Assembly (NCBI GenBank): GCA_003344405.1
Contig: NOWV01000134.1
Span: 186,001-206,637 of the forward strand
DNA from: Trichoplax sp. H2
Lineage: Eukaryota
Length of the DNA: 20,637 nucleotides
Direction: 5' to 3'
Position numbers and translations under genes: made by a program. The notes below the pieces were generated by a model. That model was not told the origin of the DNA. It saw only the letters and a program-made list of their open reading frames with translations, and did not search any database. Below are positions 1 to 10,015 of the stretch, in pieces (the first letter of the stretch is position 1; each line of letters starts with the position of its first letter).

Positions 1-1762
1 ATCCTTGAAAGAACGAAGGTGGCTAACGGACATACTCGATGTATCGTTACTTTTCTTATTACTATAATTTCTGATATGTTACGCGAGATAAAATTTATTT
101 ACATCGTATATCCGTAAAATATGGGAAAGAAGAACAACAACCTTCTTCAGTCATGTCTTGCCAAAGTTGCTGATGATAGGTAATAAAGCAATGACATTAC
201 ACTGGGCGAGATTGTAGTAAATCTATTGATTGATGTTTAATTTCATTATTACAAGCAAATTATTCTGATAGCAAAATGAAATAGTATCGTAGACCTATCA
301 TCATGCGTCACGACTACGTATGAACAATGCAATTATTCTAAGATTAAAACGATCAGTTCTAATTTCCATTACATTATGTAATGGCAGCTGTTGACCAAGA
401 CATGACAACTTCTTGATTGACTTTAGAAAGTATATGGCATTCAGTCTGAACTTAATGGGCAAATAAATAGATGCAGAGTAAAGCTTAGTGAGAATAGAGT
501 GTGCTATGCATGCTGTCTAACTATTACATCTTGCAATACATACAATCGTAAGACAGTAAACTAACACAAAATGATATCTAGCTTTACATAAGCTGATAGG
601 GTAAAATTGAAAGCTTAGCTGGAGGGATTTTTTGCGTAGAAAATAGACCCTCCCTCCAAATTATATACGCGTATAGTACTGTATACCTGAGTTGGTATAA
701 CACCTAAGACGCAACAATATATGATTGCTTACCACTAGGACGTGGATCTCCAAGTTTAAACGAACCATTATCCTAGTAAAATATCAAAAACAGGGCCATA
801 AGTATAGAAAATTCCTGATGTTCTCAATGAATGTCATCCGCTAGCATCTACTTGACATTTCGCAAGTAGGTTGTGAAAGAATTTAGCGAATTTGGAGACC
901 GTTTCGATCGTTTGGCCAATATTATTGCCTACCATTGCAAATAAATAACGTTGATCTTTCATTTCTATAGAAACACAACCCTTAATCTGTTCTAGCTTTT
1001 GAACAGCCCACCATTTGCCCACTGGGGCATGAGCAACATCGGATGAAAATAATAAATAGAAATAGCATTGAATCAGACATATGATTACCACTCATCGATA
1101 TCCACCAGTGCACTTAGTCGATATACAGTATTATAGGCATACGAAATATGCGTAGACCATAAATTATCAATACAGTAAGGTTAGCTTATAATTTTTACCG
1201 GTATCCAAGGTTTCTTTGGTATTATCACTAACAGCTGATGATTTTTGATGCATTTTTCGCTTTTTCTTTTTATGTTTCCTAAAGAGGAGAAGGAAATGGT
1301 TATGCGAGGGAAATAATTTAGCTAATGTGTAGTGGATCTTGAGGTTGACTAGTGATACTTTTCATAAAATGCAGCTCGCGCTTTGCTACTAGTTAGTTGG
1401 CTTTATTGAAGGTTGTACTGTACATGCATTAGCAGAGTAATTGAATGATCGTGTGAAGCAAAGCCGAAGAAGTCGTAAGACTTTCCTTTTTATAAGACTC
1501 TAGCTGTAATAGTAACGGATCTATTTGTAACTTAGCAGCATCGTACTATACAGATATTTAAGTTTACTCAATTCCTAGACACGACACAGATAACATAACA
1601 TGTCGATAATTTGTAATCTATGATTATTATAACTTATAAATTATCTGCTATAATTCTAATTATCAGACATGACATTACGCTACGGTTCGGACTTAGTGTA
1701 TTAGTGAACGATACGCATATTTTAATGATTATTCGCGACATAATATATCAATATTATTTCAG

Positions 1763-2114
1763 GGAAGCATCATCATCCATCAATTCTATTGGAATGTGAC
1801 TAATGCAAGTTGGTCAAAGACAGGAGCAAAAGGAAATGATCCGCTCTAAGACCAGTTCACTGACAAAGATCAAGATGTCCTAAAGTTTCTACAATATGTA
1901 ATTCAATTAACGCTTTTTCATTACTATCTCATCTTTAAAGCAGTACATTGTAATTAAAGACTGTCATCCTACGATAAAACTATGTGATCATCGTGGGCAA
2001 CTCTGCGAAGAGAAGTTTGATTCTTCGACTATTTCTACATTTAATGGCTCATCCATTGCCACTACTAAAGTCGCTCTTGCAAGCCAATACGGCCTATTCT
2101 ATACTTTCTATTGA
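1763..2114 (+). pseudogene. Possible 3' exons of an unidentified upstream gene or pseudogene (1763-1897 and 1941-2114)
   Basis: ttatttcag acceptor, then 45 codons in phase 0 with one in-frame TAA (1847-1849), a gtaatt donor, then 57 open codons to TGA at 2112-2114 and AATAAA at 2201-2206. No family recognised; the implied intron is only 43-46 nt. Confidence 0.25.
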
Positions 2115-2933
2115 AGCCTGTATTGGCATTTTGCAATTCAATCTTATTAGTATATGAATAGAGTTGTATAATGCAGAAATCTTAGACTTATAAACTCTTA
2201 AATAAAGAATCAAATAACTCCTCTAACCTAAAACTTAGCTCAAGCTAAGCTCTAAATTTATGATTGTTGAGACAAATGCAGTTATTGGACTAGCAGTAAT
2301 TCCCTTTCTCCTCAGTAAGTTCAGGCAATTTGTAACAGCCTGATATCCTCATGATAATGATAGCATGCATATTTTTATAGTTTAGTCTTACCCTGATGCT
2401 CCTTTAAGTTTTAATTTACTACTGTTGACCAAATTATAAGCTGAGCTCATTTTTGCAGCAGGTTCTTCTTGCTAAGTGGCTTCTCTATTTGGAGATGATT
2501 TATCCTAAGCCCTGATATAGCATTTTCTATCGAATTCAAGGCGTGTTTTTAACACTATACTGTCATACTGATCCTCGCAAGGACAAATGGAGCAAAGTGA
2601 TACTGATTTGGGTTCCATGGTTACCATATAGGTACAGTATTGGAAATTGAGTAATGTATAATACACTGGATAGCGTTCAATACACAATCAATGACTAGCT
2701 GACGCTGTTGGAAACAATAGTGATCCGAGATCGATCATTAGCTTAACTAATAATGTATGAGGTAGAAAGTAGCGAATGATACCTTACCCTATAGCATCAT
2801 TTGAACAATTGATGTCTGAAACAGGAGTAACAAACACTAGCCAGTATATAGCCATCCAAGAGGAGAAAGTGGATTGACTGCTTTTTCTGCTTTCCAGTCT
2901 ATTCCCTAGCTCCTATTTGCATCAAGATCAGCA

Positions 2934-5900
2934 ATGGCGGAGCTAAGGCATCAAGGCAAAGTTGCTGTTATAACTGGTGCTACAGAAGGGTAACTAGTGA
3001 CTGATTGTTAAAGTTTTAGCCATTGCTATCTGGCTGTTGTAATTTCAAAATATGCAGTCGATCACTTGTTGCTATCGCCTATGTCGGACTGCAGACTAGT
3101 TGCATATCTTTGCATGCAAACCATAGTGGTAGTGTTTTGCAAATAGCACAACTTGCATTTCTTGTTCAGTTCCACCGAATGATAGCAACGAGTTGGTTTT
3201 ACTGAGTGATAGCAACGAGTTAGTTCCACTATCTGTTATGCACTCGATTACTTGTTGCTATCGCCTATGCCAGACTGCAGACTAGTTGCATACCTTTGCA
3301 TGCAAGCCATAGTGGTAGTGTTTTGCAAGTAGCACAACTTGCATTTCTTGTTCAGTTCCACTGAATGATAACAACGAGTTGGTTTTACTGCATGATAGCA
3401 ACGAGTTGGTTTTACTGAATGATAGCAACGAGTTAGTTTTACTGAATGATAGCAACGAGTTAGTTTTACTGAATGATAGCAACGAGTTAGTTTTACTGAA
3501 TGATAGCAACGAGTTAGTTCCACTGAATGATAGGAACGAGTTAGTTTCACTATCTGTTATGCACTCGATTATTTGTTGCTATCGCCTATGCCAGACTGCA
3601 GACTAGTTGCATACCTTTGCATGCAAACCAAAGTGGTAGCGTTTTGCAACAGCCGTATAGTTAACTCCTTTAGATATTTCAAAGACGACAGAGAACTTTA
3701 TCCATCGTATTGATTAAGCTGCTCTTATACCACTTGAAAAATGCTCTTTAATGAACCAATTAATACGCTATGAATGCTAATCTAGCTCACACACTATGCT
3801 GTGTGAATAAGATTACTGTCTACACATTCATATCTATCACTCATTAAGGAAGCAGTTTATCATGTTTGATCGTTATATTAGTTAGTATTGGTTATTTAAA
3901 GCCTGTATGCATACCTTTGCATGGAGGTTATTATAGTACTATTGTCAAAATAATATATCAGGACTTGCATTTCTTGCTAACTTCCACTTGATTACATAAT
4001 TAAGTTTTCTTACTAAGTTGTACGTGAATAGACACTCACAGAGTCTTACAATTTATCTACAATTAGGATCTATTTTGACAGTGTACTACAGCCGTATAGT
4101 ATACTCCTGTAGATATTATAAGGGTGACAAGAACCCTATGCATTGTACTGATTAAGCTGTTCTTGTATCGCTTCGAAATGTTCTTTAATTTTGGTTAATA
4201 ACGTGCTGATATCGTTCCAAATGATATATCAAGACTTGCATTTTCGTTATATTCCACTTAATTACATGAATGAACTTTCTTACCAAATCGTTCATGAGTA
4301 GACACTCGTAGAGTCTTACAATCTAATCGATAAATACGATCGACAGTATTTTGAGGATGTACTGTAGCATATAGTTTACTCCTATAGTCTTTTAGAAGGA
4401 CGATAAAAACCTTATTCATCGCGTTGATTAAGCTACTATTGTATCACTTTATAATGCTCTTGGATATGTTATTTAATATTGAAAACAGTTATCATTTCTT
4501 GTCATTATTTTGTTTAGCATTGGTTATGCAATTGCTGAACGTTTAGGGAAAGAAGGCGCTAAAGTGGTTATAAGTAGCAGGAAGCAAAAAAATGTCGATC
4601 AAGCTGTTAACAATTTGCGTAGTCAAGGTATCGAAGTCTTAGGTCGTATTTGTCATGTGGGTAAACGAGAACATCGAGAAGCCGTCATTGAAGATGTAAG
4701 CTTTAGCATGCTGCTAGATACAACCAATTGATTTGTTACCATTATTGCACTTATAGCAGCATGAAGTTATTCTTTAAATTAATTGACAATCCTATAGGTA
4801 AAACTACTCAAGATTGATACGTGCTATAGTAAGATCAGAATCTTTGTAAAGTAAAAATAGTATCAATTTCTTTCTATAAAGGCGGTATCAAATTATGGTG
4901 GCATTGATATCTTGGTTTCTAACGCGGCTGTCAATCCAATTTATGGACGTATGCTAAAAGTAAGAATAACTTGGATCGTTTAATGAGCGCCGTATTATAA
5001 GCGTGTCTATAATTTCACTTGTTAGGCGTGCCAAATTTTGGCAACTTTTAGCTCATGAAAAGATTTCTCTTCTTAAATTGTTTAGGTTACTACTGAAGGA
5101 GTATGGGATAAGGTAATTAGTTTTTGCATTAATTATGGTTTCGATCGTAGTTATTGTTTGTGTAAGACTAAGGTAGTATATCGTTTAGCAACAGTCAACT
5201 GCAGTTCTAGCTTGCTTAGCCATAAAGAATAATTTGCTACTGTAATAGGGGCCCAATTAATATTATCACAGTGACAACTGAATCTTAGCTTAAATATTTT
5301 TTTACAGATATTTGATGTCAACGTTAAGGCTTCGTTCTTTCTAATAAAATCGGCTCTACCTTACATGAAGAATCGCAGGTAAATTTTTACACTGCCTGAT
5401 TGATTCTCTAATATGATTTTAATCATTGCTTACGTTTTGTTCATAGTTAGCGGTTCCTTAATCATGATCTGAATAATAATTTACTCGGTGTCTTTTAGAT
5501 ATTCTAAATACTAATAAGCTGCTTTTGATTTTATCCTACATAGCGGGGCTTCCATTACGCTAATTTCATCCATTAGCGGCTACTCACCGGATAATGTGAG
5601 TTTGCTATAGATTGTAGGCCTTCATGTATGTAAAGTAAGGCATACCTATTCTACCACCTTACTAGACTAATGTAAACTACACTTACTATATTTGAAGCTT
5701 TTTGGAGTTTATTGCGTAAGTAAAACCGCAATGTTAGGACTTGCCAAGAATTTAGCCTTAGAATTGGCTAAATATGGTATAAGAGTTAATTGCTTGTCTC
5801 CTGGATTGATTAAAACCCAATTAAGTAAACAGGTTAAGTGATCGTTTTAATAAATTTAAGGTTGAATTCCGTATCATTGTTGTTGGCTGAATTAAATTCT

Positions 5901-6680
5901 GTTGTTGTGTCTTCTTTTAGCTTTGGGATGGGCGTGGAGAAACATATATAAAGTCCAATATACCGTTAAGAAAGTAATGCCTCCTAAATCATGTTTCTAA
6001 ATGATATTAATATTATCCGTCTACTTATATTATAGTAGTGTCTAAGAACGATAGCAATACCTAACATTTCGTTTATATTTAGGTATGGCTTGCCGGAAGA
6101 TTGTGGCAAAATTGTATCATTTTTAGCCTCAAAGGATGCAGCATTTATTACAGGCGAAAGTATTGTAGNNNNNNNNNNNNNNNNNNNNTAGACCTGTCAG
6201 AGGTTCAGTAACTTTTTACCGTTATCCGTGTACTGTATGCTGTACAAAAGTACAGTACTGTTAATTGTACGGGTGGGGCATTTGATAACGTACCCATTTG
6301 TTAATAATTAATAGTTAGTATTACCATTCGACATTATATATATCCCGGTAATAGCCGGGCACTACTGAGTATATTCACAGCTATGCTTGTAGAATACTAC
6401 TTTTCAATAATGCATTCACGGATGAAACCTTATTACAGTCTTTGATAGTAATTCGGCAATTATAATATCTGCTCTACATATCCTAATATGAAGAATAATG
6501 CTACTACTTATATTATAGTAGTGTCTAAGAACGATAGCAATACCTAACATTTCGTTTATATTTAGGTATGGCTTGCCGGAAGATTGTGGCAAAGTTGTAT
6601 CATTTTTAGCCTCAAAGGATGCAGCATTTATTACAGGCGAAAGTATTGTAGCTTCTGGTGGTCAAGTGTCGAGGCTGTAG
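2934..6680 (+). CDS. DHRS4: Peroxisomal NADPH-dependent short-chain dehydrogenase/reductase (DHRS4/DHRS2 family), 9 coding exons, 254 aa
   Basis: Hand-spliced GT-AG exons in consistent phases: 2934-2989, 4518-4695, 4882-4959, 5086-5112, 5308-5378, 5544-5595, 5698-5832, 5921-5973, 6566-6680 (765 nt incl. TAG). The protein has the Rossmann motif TGATEGIG, the NADP(H)-type [35 protein letters not shown], catalytic [30 protein letters not shown] and C-terminal SRL (PTS1), all typical of DHRS4. Confidence 0.93.
3063..3650. repeat. Higher-order tandem repeat in DHRS4 intron 1 (about 2.5 units, each starting cttgttgctatcgcctatg) with a nested 27-bp minisatellite
   Basis: Units start at ~3064, ~3251 and ~3571. 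The 27-mer ACTGAATGATAGCAACGAGTTRGTTTT occurs 2x at 3174-3227 and 7x at 3360-3548. Confidence 0.92.
3649..4465. repeat. Older, diverged tandem repeat filling the 3' part of DHRS4 intron 1
   Basis: Block cagccgtatag..actcct.tag...tgattaagct...aatgctct recurs at ~3649-3751, ~4090-4188 and ~4364-4460. Block aaat.atatatca.gacttgcattt...ttccactt...agacactc..agagtcttacaat recurs at ~3948-4053 and ~4219-4323 (period ~270-275 bp). Confidence 0.8.
6083..6168 (+). CDS. DHRS4: Second (gap-truncated) copy of the DHRS4 last coding exon
   Basis: tttag acceptor then (G)TATGGCTTGCCGGAAGAT... = [28 protein letters not shown], cut by the N gap at 6169-6188. Identical to 6566-6651 except ATT (Ile, 6111) vs GTT (Val, 6594). 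Confidence 0.85.
6169..6188. other. Assembly gap (20 N)
   Basis: Run of 20 N flanked by duplicated sequence. Confidence 0.99.
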
Positions 6681-6794
6681 AATATCTAGTTTTGAATATT
6701 AGTTCTAGCCTCTTATTGCTACTGTCATGTTAAGATAATACTGTACAGGTTTAATCATGAAACTATATCCCCATTATATTAATGATACTTTGCC

Positions 6795-6800
6795 AATAAA
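6795..6800 (+). promoter_or_regulatory. Likely polyadenylation signal of DHRS4 (AATAAA; secondary ATTAAA at 6821-6826)
   Basis: First canonical hexamer, ~115 nt downstream of the TAG at 6678-6680. Confidence 0.6.
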
Positions 6801-8266
6801 CTGTACTACTGTATACTACTATTAAATGAGTATTAATATGGTAATGGCATTGTATCAGTATACTATAACTACATCTACAATGTACTAGTAACTGATTATT
6901 AGATTGTAGACTAGCAACTATACTTGCAGGAAAATATCTCTCTTTATTGATTCTTCCAATCTCTTATATATCTATTCTTATCTGATACGCAACCAAACAC
7001 GTACCATACAGTAACCGATAAGAATGAATTTAAAGAAATATGTAATAAGATAATAGGATGCACTAGTAATAACATAACATAAATCCGTAACACTGATCAT
7101 TCAGAGTTATCAACACGGCAAAACATATCAGTGTGTATATATAAACATATATATTATCAAGGTCGAACATATATCTGCCAAAAATTCAAATATTGTGGAA
7201 TGTGATGAGAGCTATTATTTCTCTGTTAATTACACCGTCATAAAAGGCAGTTTGATATCATTTCAGCATATCAAATTTATTATACTTATAAACAAATTTT
7301 CCAATCGTTATTCGCCTGACTCATCAGCAAATTAAATTGATTACAGTATATTGATCATCTCGTTTGTAGATAGGTCACATATTATTTCGCTTTGGAGTTG
7401 ATCTATCAGATCTTGAGGCAGTTCGACTAGGAGTCGGACCGTAAGGGTAACTACTAACCGTCTATAAATAAGGAGACTTGCGGAAAAAGCTGATAAATTG
7501 AGATGCATATAAGAGCTAGTTCAATAACTTTTCTTAAGCGTAAGGTTGCAGTGCTAATCATACACAACACATTCATCTATAATAAGCGTATGTACACCAA
7601 GGCCATTTATGTAAAAATTGTAAGTAGTCACCAATACACAAGAAATAGAAATTCCATTAAAATTGAAATCGTCTGCAACTTCATCTTTTAATAATGGAAT
7701 AGAACTAGGAGTTAAGAACAGATGTTAAAATATTCAGATTTTAATAAGTGATAGTTAGACCTCATTAATACGAGTACGTGTGCACTGTGTATTGCCAGAT
7801 CTGTCAACATTCATATATGGGTAAGGTTCCAATCACTATTGACTAACTTTTGAGTAATCATTGAAATTGTACATATATAGATACTGAGAGGAACATATCT
7901 AGTTGCATACGTACGAGTATCTTACACTGGTAGTGATCGATCATCTTGATAATGTTCCGGCTGTTATAAAGTTACAAAATTTCTAACGCAACTATAAGAT
8001 GTTTAATTGCTATAAAGTAACTTTATTCTTTCGTAACAAGCTACGAGTTTGAGTTGTCAACATTTTAAATAGCGATTTGAGATGTAGCTTGTCTTATGAT
8101 TTACTAGTATGTTTTCTACTAAGGAAGGCTTAAGCCTATACTGCATTGAAATAAATTTATCTTTAAATTAAATCACTTATTCTAGCTAGCTAGCCATTAT
8201 TTGAACGATCTTCGGTTATGTCGAGATATCTTTGCATAGAAGTATGACGCAGTCCTAATTTAATAC

Positions 8267-8827
8267 TGTGACGGAGCTCGCTCCGATATGAATAATATTT
8301 TGATCTAATATGTGTAATAATATTATGGAGGTTGCCGATCTCGGCAACAACCTAGTTGTTAATTGAGTTTTGTTATTAATTATCGTAGTAATATACAGCG
8401 TGGATATGGTGTTAGCAATTGAAATGTCAAGCTGTGAAGATTATGATGTTAGTTAATAAGGTGCTAATTAATAATATTAATTTGTGGCAAGTAATATGTA
8501 ACACTCGAGCTAGTCGAATCTATAGTAAGCCCTGTATTACACATCCTATATTTTAATGTGAATGATTAGCACCGATCTTATTTGTGTGACATATGAAGTT
8601 GTATATAAGCTTGATCATTACTTCTTAATCTGAGTTCCACTGAGGCTAACGTAGGGTACACTGGTACAAGCGTTAGCAAGCTAGCAATAAAGATCTTTAT
8701 TAACCTAAACCTATCGTTTTGATTTGATTACTATAGTATAGGAATAAGTTAGTTTTCCCTTACTGAGGATCTCCGGAGTTAGTCGGAGAACCATAGGAGT
8801 AGATAGACTACTTTAGGTACGTTCACA
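8267..8827 (+). mobile_element. Putative solo LTR (~561 bp), present only in copy 1 of the duplication
   Basis: Termini TGTGA...TCACA (TG..CA with 5-bp inverted ends), TATATAA at 8602-8608 and AATAAA at 8686-8691 in U3-R-U5 order, flanks atac/atag. Absent from copy 2 (empty site taatactaac at 13401-13410). Confidence 0.6.
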
Positions 8828-10015
8828 ATAGCTGTTATAGCTGTGATAAATACTAACTTTAAATATTTTAAAAATAAACTAATTATAATATGTCAAGATC
8901 TGTGCCTAAAAGATTCCGGCTTAATTAACTACGTCTTTTGTCTATATCTATCTGTTTAGCTTTTAATTTTATACGCTGTATTCAGATATATCATTTTGAT
9001 AACAATTATATTTTTCTACCAAAAAATGACAATCACTATTTACTCGACACTAATAATCATATAGCGGGCTATATTGAGAGCGATTGAGCATTATGATTAA
9101 CATTGCAGCTTATCATACAAATATCTGCAATTGAAATTTATTTTGGGTCAAGATATTGTATTAAATCATCACCAAGTGTTGTGCCTTATAGAAACTTCGA
9201 GTATATAACAAATATAAAAATTTTGTGATAATTGTATTGTTAGCAACTATAGCAGAATTTAATCAATTTATTTTTGTTTCAGGCATATCCCAATGCCTTT
9301 ACAAAATTGATGTTACAGTAACTAAATTTTATAACAGTCTCATATGTTCAGTGTCTTAATAAAAGCCGATTTTTTCTATTAATTGCGAATAATTATATTC
9401 AAGCTTAGATGAGTTAACTATACGAGTAGACTGTATCTAATGATTGCCAATAGTATACATGTGTAATACCTTGCTATTATTTTACCCATAATATTTACTA
9501 CCTGCACTCTAAACATATTTAATAAATTCTATATTTAATTTGCAAAAAATCTTTAGTTCCGCCATTTGGCTAACAGAGAATAAATTATGAATTGCAAGTT
9601 TGAACGAGGGTAATAAAATGGCACTAGTTTACGAACAAGAAATTGCTACATAAAGCTTTAATTTCATATTGAATATATAATTTTTAGAAGATTTAAAAGT
9701 AGAGACAGGATCAGAACTACGGCTATGCAAGGCATTCCGTCAATTTGAAGCGGTATTCTCCTAAATCAAGAAATAGACTTTGATGATTATTACTTACTGA
9801 TTTTTGTTGAATGAAATAAATTGTGCCCTACCCTAGGTACTACTGTAGAAATCTGAATTGTTACTTTTATAATACTCGTATTAATATTGCTAAAAAATTA
9901 CTTAAGAAAGTCAATAACTAGATTTTGAAAACTGCTATTAACGATAAGGGACTTAAATTAAAGGTTGTAGTAAGTTTATTTAATAACTTTGATAATTAAT
10001 CAAGAAAACCTATGA

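Noticed and set aside
620..658. Inverted repeat TGGAGGGA...TCCCTCCA
   Set aside because: Isolated 8-bp stem with no other supporting feature; could be chance.
834..1091. 85-aa - strand ORF (and a short + strand stretch VVKEFSEFGDRFDRLANII)
   Set aside because: No recognisable family or supported splice partners; cannot be called without a homology search.
3360..3548. 27-bp repeats as a CRISPR array
   Set aside because: Units are head-to-tail with no unique spacers, there are no cas genes, and the context is a eukaryotic intron.
3248..3606. Three overlapping repetitive ORFs (3248-3550 -, 3282-3509 -, 3379-3606 +)
   Set aside because: By-products of a 27-bp (multiple of 3) minisatellite inside DHRS4 intron 1; no independent coding evidence.
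7503..7691. Short intergenic ORFs (7503-7691, 11716-11916; also 2505-2687, 3023-3205, 17354-17578)
   Set aside because: Low-complexity AT-rich translations, not preserved between the duplicate copies or lying antisense/intronic to real genes.
8763..8792. CTGAGGA + hairpin + GAAC as a hammerhead ribozyme core
   Set aside because: CUGANGA matches, but the stem consumes the GA, there is no GAAA, and I could not build stems I and III.
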